Source: Plasmodiophora brassicae (lineage: Eukaryota). From it: DNA of 64,000 nt. The DNA lies in assembly GCA_036867785.1 (NCBI GenBank), contig CP145416.1, positions 744,001 to 808,000 of the forward strand. The letters are read 5' to 3'. The notes under the pieces are model-generated. The model was not told the DNA's origin. It made no database searches and saw only the letters and a list, made by a program, of their open reading frames with translations. Positions 12,541-24,035 of this stretch are shown piece after piece. Position 1 is the stretch's first letter; each line of letters starts with the position of its first letter. Position numbers and translations under genes: made by a program.

Positions 12541-13221
12541 TTACCTGGGCGACCGCCACGTGGATTGCTGGCCGGTGACGCAGACACGAATCATGCCGGT
12601 GGGCAGGACGGCCTGGTGGCGTGATACGCGAACAGGCCGGCGTCCGGCGATGCGCTGCTGTCGCTTGGTCGCCTCGATGGCGGCGTGCACATCGAATTGC
12701 GGAGGGCGTCCCGGTCTGGTTGTAGATTTTACGGTGGTGCCACCGATTGTGATTTTCGATAGGGCGTGGCTTTTGAGAGATTCGCCGCCCTCCTGCCGAA
12801 GAAGGCTACGAAGACCGATTTGTTGGCTACTTGCAGACCGAATCAGGGCGACTCGCCGCCAGGTCTCCATGGTAGGAGATGATGAGGATCGGGACATGGT
12901 CGCCGGCCGATCCGATGCTGGCCGACTGGTGCCCACCAGCATTAAGCTGTTCGGCTGCGGACGACCTGTCGCTTGACGTAAACGCAGCGGCGCCATTAAA
13001 GGTCGAACCGGTGTGGCAGCGGCGGAGCGAGGACGTCTCAGCATTAGAGGCCCAGGGCTATAGTCACGGCCAACGTGAAGGGAACGAACGACAAGAAGGC
13101 TGTGTTCTGGCATGTTGTGCATCGGCGCGGATGCAGGCCTACGCCTTCGACGGGACGGCACCGGATTCCAGCGATCCGACGAATGTCCAATGGACGTGCT
13201 AGAAGAGCTCCGTCCTCGCAT
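12541..13221 (-). CDS. Hypothetical basic, low-complexity protein (5' exon unresolved)
   Basis: A 226-aa ORF filling the gap between the LOTUS gene and VPS33, with repeated RPxSA motifs and no recognisable domain. Confidence 0.35.
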   Translation of the reverse strand: MRGRSSSSTSIGHSSDRWNPVPSRRRRRPASAPMHNMPEHSLLVVRSLHVGRDYSPGPLMLRRPRSAAATPVRPLMAPLRLRQATGRPQPNSLMLVGTSRPASDRPATMSRSSSSPTMETWRRVALIRSASSQQIGLRSLLRQEGGESLKSHALSKITIGGTTVKSTTRPGRPPQFDVHAAIEATKRQQRIAGRRPVRVSRHQAVLPTGMIRVCVTGQQSTWRSPR

Positions 13222-13492
13222 CGTTGACGTCGCGGATCGGTCAACGTACGATATTTACCTTTGAAGATTCGCTCATGCGCCTCGTACCTGAAATTGCTCG
13301 ACTTTGTCAATCGTGTTGCTGCATGCCATCACGTCGCGAAGACATGGCTACCCTTTCTCACAGCGTCCGCTTTGGATGGCCCAATCTGTGACCGTCGATT
13401 GTGGAGCCCGTCCAAGGGGGCTGCAGGCGCTGTCTCGGGCGAGCGAACCACCGGAGCTGGCGCCAAAGTGGCCTGTCGCCTGGCCTAGCACG

Positions 13493-15849
13493 ATGTCGTG
13501 GTCACATATGGCGAAGCATGCCGCTGGCGAGATTAAGAACGTGCTGAAATGGGCGGCGCCCCAAGGCGCTGCCCAGACTTGCGTTGTGCTGGACCCGTCT
13601 CTTTCCAGTTCCGTCTCGCGCCTGGTCGATATGGTCGGTAACGGTACGAACCATCAGTCCTTTAGTCTAAACACGTGTCCAGGGAACCATGAAAGAGCAT
13701 CAGATCGGGACGGTTTGTGAGCTCGGCGGCGTCGAACCACTGGAGACGAACTGTGAACATATACTGTACCTGGTGCGGCCGACCGAAGAAATGATGTCTG
13801 TACGATGTATCGCCCGAGAAACGTGTCCGATCTCATTTGCTATATGAGTGTAGTGGACGGCTCGTATTTCAAGTGCTGAGGCTGCCGGCGATCAAAGCTG
13901 ATCCAGAGATGTCTGATTCTCAAGTTCCCGTATTCGTCGCGTTCGTACCAGCAGCGACCTCAGTTTGCGCCAGACAGCTGGAGACGCTGGGTTTGTATGG
14001 ACGTCTGCATGTCACTTCATTACCATCGCTATCTGTCCTGTGTCTGGATGACGACCTCGCATCAGGCGAGAACGTCGGCGCTTTCAAACGCGCTGTACTG
14101 GATGGCGACCCGTTCGTTGTCGACAGTGTTGTCCAGAGCCTCGTCGAGATCCAGAATGTGTATGGGCGGTTCAGTGAAATCACCGCCAAAGGACGAGTGT
14201 CGTCCTCTGTTGGCGAAGCGCTTTCCAGGCACCTCGAAGCCAATCCTAATATGGGGTCCATCCCCACAGCCGGCAACCTGCCCGAGGAACAAAGGATTTC
14301 CCGGGTTATTCTCCTCGATCGCTCCCTGGACATGATAACGCCGATGCTGACCCAGTTCACGTACGAAGGTACTTCAACAAGCACATTTGGAAGCTCGTTT
14401 TGTTGACTCGAGAGGCTATAGGCGTAATTGATGAAGTGCTTGGAATCGAGTCGGGATTCGCTGCGGTCCAACCGCACATTGTTGTATCGAGCAAGAAGAA
14501 GAAGGGTAGAGACCCTGCCAGTAATCCGGAAGGGGAGCTAGCGTCACCATTGTCCGTCCCCCCAACTAGCCAAGGGACGGTGAAGTGTCCGCTGTTTAGT
14601 ACTGACCCGCTGTACGAGAAAATTCGCGATCGCAGGTCAGCGAATCCTCGATGGCTTCCCACTGCTGGGTCTCTGACATGTCTTATGAAGTTTTCCCCAT
14701 GTCCTGGAAAGCATGCCCCGGTTTGTTGCTGATATAACACGAAAGCTCGAGGAGCAAAAGGGTCTCAAGAATGTCAAGGAGCTGAAGGAGTTCGTGAAGT
14801 GCCTCCCAGGGTACTTATCTGAAAAGGTTGCTATTATCGAGCTGCTTACCGGGCCAGCGTGGCTGACGATAAATGTGCAGGACTCTATTTCTACTCATAC
14901 CAATTTGCTACTCCATCTTGGTCCTATGACGACTTCTGCTGAGTTCCTCAGCGCTCTACGGTGTGAGGACACCCTCTTCCAAAGGGGTGACATTTCCACT
15001 GCGCTGGACACAATCGAGTGAGTGCGCCCGCATCTAATAGCTCATGTGCTCATTCCGTAACAGGTATTCAATCGTGCAAGGGAGGCCTTGGCAGCGCGCT
15101 GTACGCCTCATGTGTCTGTGGTCGCAAATTGAAGGAGGCCTCAAAAACGATGACTACGACTTGTGCTGGTAGGCCGACCTGCATGTTCTTTTCAGCAGCA
15201 TGTCAGTGATTTCATGTCGTAGCCGCTGGCTGATACATGGATATGGTGCCGCCCTGATGCTACCACTCCTGTCGCGAATGCAACGTTGTGGTCTCCTCGG
15301 CAGATCTGGAACCCTAAAGCCTCCTCTGAACTGGAAAGCGTTACGAGCAGACCTCCAGTTGATCGACCCTAGAGCCAACGAGCTCCGCTCCGACAAGGTT
15401 GCACATGACATCCACTTGTTAGTACCGTACCTCATGGGAAACGGTTTACGACACCTGAATGCTGACGTAGCGTCCATTCCTATTGTGGCTATGCTCCACT
15501 CTCGGTCCGCCTGATAGGTAAAATGCGTCAATGCTCATGGCGCAGGATGATGTATAACTCCTGCGCGTGACTAGAGAAGAGAGTTGCTGACAAATCCTGG
15601 TCAAACGTGAACGCCGTGCTCGACAACGACGAACCGTCTTACATCAACCGCGTCGGAAAGAAAGGCGACAGTACACTCCCCGGTGCCACCCTCGTCTACT
15701 TCGTCGGGGGTATCACCCGAACGGAGATCGCCGCGCTCCGTTTCCTCAACGCCAAATCCAACCGACAATCCCCTTACCTGATTTGCAGCACCGGCATCGT
15801 CAACGGCAGCACACTCCTGAAGACACTTCAAATGCTTCCGCCCGCATAA
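13493..15849 (+). CDS. VPS33: Sec1/Munc18 family protein VPS33 (multi-exon)
   Basis: CVVLDPSL, LCLDDDLAS, VILLDRSLDMITPMLTQFTYEG, DPLYEKIRD, ELKEFVK and LVYFVGGITRTEIAALRFL. Confidence 0.88.
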
Positions 15850-16068
15850 ACTATAGCACCGTCAGTGGACCACGGTGACCAGCCGGTGAAGCTTCGGCGT
15901 ACAGACACGGGTGCAGGCCTACCGACTGGCACGGGTACCTGTAGTTCCTCCGTTGCACAAACGGTGCAGCTCCAGTGGTGCCGCGATACGGGTGCTGCTG
16001 CCCCCCGACGCCGCGGACTGCGTTGCGGCAGGTAGGTAGCTCCTTGCGGGGCGTCTCTCACTCGGTCA

Positions 16069-18528
16069 ATGCGACGTGTCCTGCGCCAGCTGCTACGGCC
16101 TGGAGGATCACATCGTCCGCAACGATGCCGGTTCCTGTCAGCTGGACCGGACCTGCAGCAGGAGCTGCAGCGCGAGTTGGGCTACCTGACGTCGTCGTTC
16201 CATGATATACAGAAGGAGATCGCATCGGCGCAGTACATCGCGCGGTACAACCCGCACGGGCACAAGGCGAGAGAACGTGCCGGGACGGCGCAGACCAGGC
16301 TCGAGCACCTGCACGACCAGTTCCAGATGGTGCTTCAGCGCGAAGGGCACCGGGATATCACCCGCGCCGAGATCTGCCTGGACGCGTACAAGAAGCTGTT
16401 CGAGGCGCGCATCTGGCACTACAATGTCCTCATGGACTCGTTCCGAAGGCACTCGCCTGGCCAGTGCAACGCAATGCTGGCGCGTATCGACCGGGAAGAT
16501 ATCACGCCCGACACCGAGTTCTTCAACATCTGGCTGGACGCGCTCGCCAAGATGGACGCCAGCCTGCCCGCCATGCAGTCCGTCCTGGACGAGATGCAGA
16601 AACGGGAAGTGGAACCGGACCGGTACACGCATTCGACGATGCTGGAGGTGCTGGCGGCCAACGGCGAAGTCCAGCTCGTCGACGCCACCATCGAATCGAT
16701 GCTGGGCGATGCGATCTCACCCACCCCGAACGCGCTCGCCAAGGTCATGACGCTGTACGGCGACGTTGGCATTTTCGACAAAGCCGATTCGATTCGCGAC
16801 TCGCTTCTGCAGGCGGAGGAGAGCTCGTACTCGATGGCGACCTTCACGGCGCTGATGAGGTACTCGATTCGACGACGGCACAGAGACGTTGTCGAGAAGA
16901 TCTGGGAGCTCGTCGACCAGAAGCAGACGCGCCCGGCCCCGGACGTGTTCGATTCGTACGTCGCGTGGCTGTTCGAGGGCGAGACCGACAACTGGGACGA
17001 ACGCAAGGAGAAACTGAACCGGGTGCTGGCCAGGGCGCTGGCAGGCGGCGTCCGGCTCACGCTACGACCCGTCCTGCCATACCTGCACGAACTCCTTCGT
17101 GACTACATCGGCAGGAACGAGATCCTGACCATGATCCTGTCGGCGGCTGCCCACGCGAACTTCCCGGCCAACGAGGCCGTCATGAAGGCGCTGCGGGACT
17201 GGTTCTACGAGTACGGCGACCTGGACCAGCTGATCGTCGTGTTCGAGACGATGGAGAAGGTGGGCCTGTCGCCGCAGTCGCTCGGGTACTCGATCATCCA
17301 GAAGTGCGCCCAGTCGAACCCGAGCGGGTGCCACGCCCTGATCCGGTACATGGTCGCCCGGGGCATACCCGTCTACAGGGAGGCGTTCGCCACCGTCATC
17401 TTCGCCGGATCGAACCGTGCCGACCTCGAAAGCTGCGACGAGATGGCGGCGATCATGAAGGACCTGGGCATGGTCCCGACGGCGGCATCGCTGAACGCGC
17501 ACCTGACCGCCGCCATCCAGGCCAACTCGATCGTCCGCATCGACGAACTGTTCGACGAGTCGCGACGGCTCGGCTACGAGCTGAACGTGGACAACGCGCA
17601 GTACCTGCTGGTGGCGTCGTCCGCCCGTGGGCAACTCGAGGCGTGCACGTACCTGTTCGACATGCTGAAGCAAGGCGGGAAGCGGACGCCGTCGAGCCTC
17701 GAGTACGACAGCATGGTCGCCGTCATTGTCAAATCTGGCGACCCGCATCGCGCGCTGGGCCTGATCCGCGAGATGCGAACCGTTGCTGGACACGCGCCGT
17801 CGTTCACGCTTCTGCACGATGTCGTCAAGGTGTTCGTCGCACGCGGCCTGCTGGACGACGCCCAGCACCTCGTCGAGGAGCTGTCCCGGGACAACCTGGC
17901 CGATTTCATCACGACCTGCAGCAGCCTGATCGAGGCGCTGGCCGGCCGAGGCGAGCTCGAGCGCTGCGAGCGCATCTGTGCCCTTCTCGAAGAAGCGGGC
18001 GGGTTCCCGCGCCCGGCGGCCATCAGCTCCATGATCGTCGCGTTCGGCAACGTCGGCATGGTCGAGATCGCCGAACAGCTCTTCTCTCTGCTGATGCAGC
18101 GTTCGCCACCCGAGCGTTGCATGATCAACGCCTACAACGCCATGCTGCATGTCCTGGCGCGCAACGCCATGTTCGACGAATGCGGCCGGATGATTGGCGA
18201 GTTCCAGTCGCGTGGCATCCCGATGGAGTTCTACGTGTTCAGGGCGCTGGTCACGTCGTTCGCGTTCCGCGGCCGCCTGGACGAGTGCGAAGCGACGTAC
18301 CTGCATTTCAGCTCCAGCTACAGGAAGAGCATGGAGACCGTGTTCGCCTGGCTGGCCACGCCGTACGGGCGCGCCAACGCGCTCGTGCGCCTGCAGGAGT
18401 TCGCCGAACGGGTCGCCGCAACGCCCGAGCAGGCCGCCCGGTTCCTGGACGCCGTCCGGGAAGGGCAGAACAAGATGCTGAGAAGAGCGTCCATTAACCG
18501 GACCCTGGCTAGGCAACCAGCACTATAG
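16069..18528 (+). CDS. Pentatricopeptide-repeat (PPR) protein, probably mitochondrial
   Basis: An 819-aa single ORF with ~35-aa helical repeats (YNVLMDSF, PDTEFFNIWLDALAK, PDRYTHSTMLEV, YNAMLHVLAR) and an Arg/Leu-rich N-terminus resembling a targeting peptide. Confidence 0.88.
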   Translation: MRRVLRQLLRPGGSHRPQRCRFLSAGPDLQQELQRELGYLTSSFHDIQKEIASAQYIARYNPHGHKARERAGTAQTRLEHLHDQFQMVLQREGHRDITRAEICLDAYKKLFEARIWHYNVLMDSFRRHSPGQCNAMLARIDREDITPDTEFFNIWLDALAKMDASLPAMQSVLDEMQKREVEPDRYTHSTMLEVLAANGEVQLVDATIESMLGDAISPTPNALAKVMTLYGDVGIFDKADSIRDSLLQAEESSYSMATFTALMRYSIRRRHRDVVEKIWELVDQKQTRPAPDVFDSYVAWLFEGETDNWDERKEKLNRVLARALAGGVRLTLRPVLPYLHELLRDYIGRNEILTMILSAAAHANFPANEAVMKALRDWFYEYGDLDQLIVVFETMEKVGLSPQSLGYSIIQKCAQSNPSGCHALIRYMVARGIPVYREAFATVIFAGSNRADLESCDEMAAIMKDLGMVPTAASLNAHLTAAIQANSIVRIDELFDESRRLGYELNVDNAQYLLVASSARGQLEACTYLFDMLKQGGKRTPSSLEYDSMVAVIVKSGDPHRALGLIREMRTVAGHAPSFTLLHDVVKVFVARGLLDDAQHLVEELSRDNLADFITTCSSLIEALAGRGELERCERICALLEEAGGFPRPAAISSMIVAFGNVGMVEIAEQLFSLLMQRSPPERCMINAYNAMLHVLARNAMFDECGRMIGEFQSRGIPMEFYVFRALVTSFAFRGRLDECEATYLHFSSSYRKSMETVFAWLATPYGRANALVRLQEFAERVAATPEQAARFLDAVREGQNKMLRRASINRTLARQPAL

Positions 18529-18553
18529 TGCCGGAGACTGTTTTGTGACGACT

Positions 18554-18618
18554 GTGTGCGTGCGTGCGTGCGTGCGTGTAACGCCCGCGCCGGAATGGGT
18601 GCGTGTGTGTGTGTGCGC
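18554..18618. repeat. (GTGC)n and (GT)n microsatellites
   Basis: gtgtgcgtgcgtgcgtgcgtgcgtg and gcgtgtgtgtgtgtgcg between the PPR gene and the next gene. Confidence 0.85.
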
Positions 18619-18719
18619 GCACTCGTGACATGCGAGCTGCGACTTGAGTCACTCGGACGGGGCGTGTGCCTCGCCCACCTACCATTTGCGGTTTGTGACA
18701 GGAGCACGGACAGAGACCG

Positions 18720-19544
18720 ATGCTGTCGTCGGCCCATGATGTTCACCAGCGCGGGGGACGACGCCCCGAGTACGAACAGGCGCAGCAGTACGGCGGGCGC
18801 GACGAAGTCAAAGAGCACGCGCGCGCGCGCCACGCCATCTTCGAGGGGTCGTCGGCGGTTACGTTTGCTATCGCTGCGGTCGTCCTTCTGGTGATCCTTG
18901 TCGGCGGCGTCCTGCTGTTCGTCGATAGTTCGGGCAACCGGGTGGCCGAGATCGAGAACCGGTACACGGCCATGAACCGGGTGGCGAACCCGAAGAAGCG
19001 CATAGAGGAGCAGATGGCGAGGAGCGCGGACGACGCAGCAACGTCAGCGGGCAAGCGGAACATCCGCCCGGTGTCGCCCGTGTCGCAGGATGACCGTGCG
19101 GATTCGTACGCGAGGAAGGTTCGCGAGAAGTACCATCAGCGTCTGGCGCACATGCAGGAGATGCAGGAGCGACAGGCCCGAGAGGCGTCGTCGCCCGAGC
19201 CGGAAGCGATCGCGCATGAAGTGAAGGGCGCGGATGCATTCCAGAATCAGGCGGACGCGGTACCTGCGCCAGAGGCACCCGCTGCCAACGCCGTCCCACC
19301 ACGACAGGACGCCAGCGACGCACTCGAGCAGAGCCTGAAGGCCATCCAGGACCAGCTGGCACGCCTGCAGGAGGGGATGAACAAGAAGCAGGGCGAGAAC
19401 CCGACGCAGCCGCCGAGTGCGGCCCCACAGGCCGACGCGGTCAGGAAGGCGGAGCTCGACGCGCTGATCCAGCAGATGGCCGCGTTACGTGCACAGAGCG
19501 CTGCGCTGGAAGCCGCCATCGAGAAAGCAAAAGGGGGTACATAA
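18720..19544 (+). CDS. Single-pass membrane protein with coiled-coil C-terminus, unknown function
   Basis: A 274-aa ORF with TM segment AVTFAIAAVVLLVILVGGVLLFV and heptad-like LEQSLKAIQDQLARLQ. Confidence 0.7.
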   Translation: MLSSAHDVHQRGGRRPEYEQAQQYGGRDEVKEHARARHAIFEGSSAVTFAIAAVVLLVILVGGVLLFVDSSGNRVAEIENRYTAMNRVANPKKRIEEQMARSADDAATSAGKRNIRPVSPVSQDDRADSYARKVREKYHQRLAHMQEMQERQAREASSPEPEAIAHEVKGADAFQNQADAVPAPEAPAANAVPPRQDASDALEQSLKAIQDQLARLQEGMNKKQGENPTQPPSAAPQADAVRKAELDALIQQMAALRAQSAALEAAIEKAKGGT

Positions 19545-19601
19545 ACGATCTTCGACAATGCATGATTCGTAACTGGCGTGGTTGGGACTGCTCGTGCATC
19601 G

Positions 19602-21859
19602 CTATACAAAGTGGGCCTGGTCAGGGTCGAACGTCCACGTCTTGATGGTTGCGTCCTGCGAACACGTCGCCAGGACAGATTGTTGTTGAATGCATCGCGC
19701 GCTGAAGACCGCGCCCTTGTGGCCAGGGAGGCGCTGGACTAATTCGCCGCTCTCAATATCCCATATGTAGACCCGTGCGTCGTCCGAGCCTCCAGCGACG
19801 AGATTCTGCCAGGCAGTCAGTCGCGTGCGCCAGTGGGATGCAGGAGGAGAGTGTACCTGACTGGGCCCGAACTCAGCACGAACGAAATTCTTACTGGTGT
19901 TCTGGTGGCCTTTAAGTCTCTGAAAGGGTCGCCCGACCCGTATATCCCAAATACGGTTGCTGTTATCTTTGGAGCAACTCAGCAACTGAGTGCCGCTCGC
20001 GTTCATTGCGACTGATGTCACCTACAGCACGATGTGCTGAGCTGACAGGTTCAGTCTGATGTTCTGTTGCCGTACCTCGCCCAGCAATAGGCTGTACGTC
20101 TTGATGCAGACTCCGCTGAGAATATCCCAGAACTTGATGGAGTTGTCTTTGGAACCAGACACGACGAGATTCCCATATGGATTGAACACCACAGACGCAA
20201 TTGACGACTGATGGTCCCGGAACGTAACCGTGTTCGAGCCGGTTTCCAGGTCAAACAGGCGGGCAGTCCTATCGTAAGCGCCGGTGACGAGATGGGCCTA
20301 TGCAGACAGGTGGGGACGGCTATGACGTCGCGTGGAACAGGCTCCCGACATCGGCAGCTTACGTTGTTTGGATGGAACTTGACAGAATATACATCGCCTT
20401 CGTGGCCCGCCAACGTCAACAGAGAGTTGCTGCTGGCAGCTTCTAGAGCGCTTGGTCGCGTGTCCCAAACCTACGGCACGATGCCTGGGTCCATCAACTT
20501 TCACGAAACCCTGCGGCAGTTACCTTGACAGTGGAGTCTCCAGAGCAAGAAGCCACCATGGTCCCAAAGACGTTGCTGGCGACATCCCAAACACGAGATG
20601 TGTGTCCTTGAAAAGTGGAGAGGCAATGCGCCGTTTCAGTGTCCCATATCTTGATCGTATTATCGCTTGAACCCGACACAATATGTCGGGACTCTTCACC
20701 GACGAAGTCAATGCCTTTCACATTGCTTTCGTGCCCAATGAATGTGTTCCTGACGACCTGCGAGCGCAAATCAATCGTGACACGAACTTCATCGTGGAGC
20801 AAGCCATCACCAACGTTGGGCAACAAGAAGTTGCAGTGATCGCTAAGCAAACTCGTCACTCTAGTCTTGAGCTTGGGATGATACCGCGAGAATTCAATCT
20901 GATAAGCGACCGCTTGCTAGAGACCGCGATTGAGGATCCATCAATTTGCAGCCTGGGCAATCACAGTACCTGCAATAGCTCAACCAGTCGACCGGCGGGG
21001 ACGTCGTCGCAACCTATTGTCCACACATCAACACATCGCTGACGATGCGGCAATGGCTGACGCACTTCTGATTGTATCGACTTCGCTCTGGAGAATGGCT
21101 TCGAACTGTTCCGCCAACCTGTCCCGAGAGGCAGCGACCCCAAGCCAATCCTTGAACGAATGCGCTTCTTGAACGGAGCGGCATGTCAGCAGGTAGCACA
21201 GGTCGGCGAATTCCTTCGCGTCCGCGGTCGCCTCAAACGGTTTCAAGTACTTTGTCAGGAACGAAAACGCCTGCGACCATCAGCTGTCCCAGGCCAATCG
21301 ACTACAGTCGAACCAAGGCCCGCTACCTTTTGATACTCTTGCCGGTCAATCAGCTCGAGATACTGCTGCTTGTACGTCGCGTACAGCAGGCACTTGCTCA
21401 GGCTGAACGGTATCTTCTGGCACAGCGACTCGACTTCGGACCCTGGAAGAGACAGTCGATTGACACGGATCCCGTCTGTCAGCAGGACGATGTCTGACAT
21501 TCCCCTGCACATATTGACGATTGCAACCTGCGTATTCGCGCCCGCCTCTGAGCGCTTTCCGCAATCTTGACGTTCGTCTCGTCCTGGACCGTCAGCATGG
21601 ACGCCATGTACCCCTCATCGCGCAGGTACTGAATGATGAGACGCATGACATCCTAGGCAACCGATCGTCAGCAGTGGCAACCACCGGGCTGCCATCATCG
21701 CGGACCCGTTTGATCCGGGCGTCGGCGGGGTCGAACGTCTCGCCCTTCGGGTCGATCCGCTTGCACCGCAAATCCACCTCGACGACATTGGACAGCAACT
21801 TGTCCAGCCTGCCGCCTCCCCATCAGCCCAACCAAACGCCATTTCGGAGCGCCCGCCAT
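19602..21859 (-). CDS. LisH/CTLH + WD40-repeat protein (multi-exon, start uncertain)
   Basis: LisH-like DVMRLIIQYLRDEGY, KQQYLELID and VPAGRLVELL, plus several GH...WD repeats (GHESNVKG..SGSSDNTIKIWD, GHTSRVWD, GHEGDVYSV, GHQNTSKN, GHKGAVF). Confidence 0.85.
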
Positions 21860-22188
21860 ACTCTTCCTGTTTGTCGCTCAGCGTCGGCTGCATCTCGTTG
21901 CGGGGCGGACGTCGGCGCGCGTAACAGCGACGCGCCCTGCTGCTGCTGCACGCACCGTTTTGGCAGCCGCAGTCGTCGCGAACGACTCCCCACCTTCCAA
22001 TTCGGCAGGCAACGACAAACACACGATGAACGTCGGTCCCGTTGGACAATTACTGGTTGTGAACATGCCCACCTAATCTTCTGCACTGGGCGACGCGCGC
22101 CATTCCAGTGCGGTTTACTCTGCGGAACGTTGGCCAGCCTGCCGACGACTGGCCCGCACTTTTTGTCAGCCGACGACCTGCAGGCTGG

Positions 22189-22903
22189 ATGATGAATACG
22201 AGAACGCTGTATGGCGGTGCATTCACGATCGACGTGCCAGCGTCGTTGGTCGACGTCAGCCAGTTCCGGCAGGTGCCAGGTACGACGGGTGCGTGCGTGG
22301 TACCGCCCTCGGGCACTGACTGCGCGGTCATCGGAAGACCATCAGGAGGTGTTCGCGTGCGCCGACACGGACCAAAGCGTCATTGTCGAGATCGTGGACC
22401 GCTCCGAGGTCGCTGACAGTGACTGTGCAAAGTCAGCGTTGAGCTTGTACCGGTTGCCGACGGCGTTTCCTGATGCGTCCTCGTCAGGTACTACTTCCAG
22501 GACTTGGCTGAAGTCAACTCAGCGATCGCGTCGGACACTGCCGACACGGGTGACGTCCAGACCTGTCAAGGGCATACGGCCACGTACGTTATCGGGCATC
22601 AGACCGTTGCAAAGTTCAAGGATGCGCCGTCGGCCGCGAACCAAGTCGAGGTGGCCCGCAACGCTCTTTGCGAATCAGCACTTTCTAAACGTGCGCCGCT
22701 AGGTGTACCTTGGCGTTATCCGGCTTGCCGAATACGGGGCCGACATCCTGTTGACATTGAATTCGCCAACGTCCATATCACCGGAGAGTTCTAGTCGTCA
22801 CTGTCTAACGCCAGACGCGAGGATCACGCGTGACATCGCCGCGGAGGTCTTCAGGTCGTTCACCATCGTCAACGCTGACTCTCTGTTCGGTGAGCGCCCA
22901 TGA
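22189..22903 (+). CDS. MOG1: Ran guanine-nucleotide release factor Mog1
   Basis: RTLYGGAFTIDVP...DVSQFRQVPDHQEVF...DQSVIVEIV, YFQDLAEVNSA, QTVAKF and IRLAEYGADILLTLNSP, with 3 short introns. Confidence 0.88.
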
Positions 22904-22942
22904 ATCGATACATCTGTATTGGTGAATCATTGCCTATCCTGT

Positions 22943-23875
22943 TCATCGCGCGCGACCCTGATGGGACCCTCGTTTAACGCCTCGCCGTGCTGATCGACGA
23001 CCCCTTGCGGGCTCTGGCGGCAACGTCTCGCCGCCTCCCGTTGCGCGAGTGGCCGTACCATCTCGTCCTTCGACGCGTGCGCGTACGAGAACGTCGATCA
23101 GGTCTCGATTGCATTCAGCGGCCTCGACGGGAGCAATCGTGATGGCCATCGCTTTTCTAGCCGCGAATGACAACCTTCCGAAGAACGCGCCCACGGTCGG
23201 CGGGAGGCCCATGTTGACCACAGCGTGCACGTCGGGAAACCACATCGAGCGTAGTGCGTCGTCGGTGCTCACCAGCGCCATCACGTTGCTGTTCTTGAAC
23301 AGCCTGGACATCCAGTCGCGCTCCGTGTTGTCCCTCCCCTCCCGCAGCGACAACGTCGGCAGGCCATTGGACGACAGCGCTTCCGCCATCTGACGCGCCT
23401 CGAAGCTCGACTCGACCAGGACCAGCGTCTTCGTATCGTTCGCCTGCAGGACCTCATGCAGAACAGCTACGCGGTACCGATCGTCATGGCAAGTGATCAG
23501 GATGTGTGCGCCCGCGAGCGTGCCCGTGACCCTGTAGCCGACCACCCTCTCCGACAGCTCCCGGACGATCGATACGTCTTCGTTCTTCTTGCGAGCAACC
23601 GTGTCCACCTTGTCAATGACTTCGTCGACGTCCTGGGCCGACCACCATGTCGGCAGCAGCTGATGGCGTTGTGCGCGATCCAGGAACTTGGCGAACGCAA
23701 CCGGGTCGTGCTGGTTCGTCGCCGGTGTCCGTTTGGCGAACGCGTCGCCGATTATCGGTCGCGTTCGGTAGGATTCGATGAAGCGATGGTGGACGCGCGC
23801 CTTCTCTGTGGGCGTCGGGCGCATCCCTTTCTGCAGTGATCGCCACCAGCGATCCGTTGCCACCCCGGTCGCCAT
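22943..23875 (-). CDS. Protein with a degenerate stand-alone DEAD-box helicase C-terminal (RecA2) domain
   Basis: KTLVLVES...ALSSNGLPTLSLREGRDNTERDWMSRLFKNSNVMALVSTDDALRSMWFPDVHAVVNMGLP follows the HELICc pattern, but motifs V and VI are lost and there is no Walker A or DEAD domain. Confidence 0.7.
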   Translation of the reverse strand: MATGVATDRWWRSLQKGMRPTPTEKARVHHRFIESYRTRPIIGDAFAKRTPATNQHDPVAFAKFLDRAQRHQLLPTWWSAQDVDEVIDKVDTVARKKNEDVSIVRELSERVVGYRVTGTLAGAHILITCHDDRYRVAVLHEVLQANDTKTLVLVESSFEARQMAEALSSNGLPTLSLREGRDNTERDWMSRLFKNSNVMALVSTDDALRSMWFPDVHAVVNMGLPPTVGAFFGRLSFAARKAMAITIAPVEAAECNRDLIDVLVRARVEGRDGTATRATGGGETLPPEPARGRRSARRGVKRGSHQGRAR

Positions 23876-24035
23876 CGTCGGGGCGCAACGCGCGTGTCTA
23901 CCCTGATCGGCGTCGACTCTGTGATGTATCACTTTGAAATCGCAGAGGATAGCAGGTGCCCGACAGTGTAAAGATATCGTCATCCCTGGGCGACGCGTGC
24001 CATCTGACGCTCTCTCAGTGGTGGTGGTGTTCCCA

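Noticed and set aside
17062-18516. Long antisense and alternate-frame ORFs over the PPR gene
   Set aside because: They are shadow ORFs caused by high GC3 codon bias and carry no motifs.
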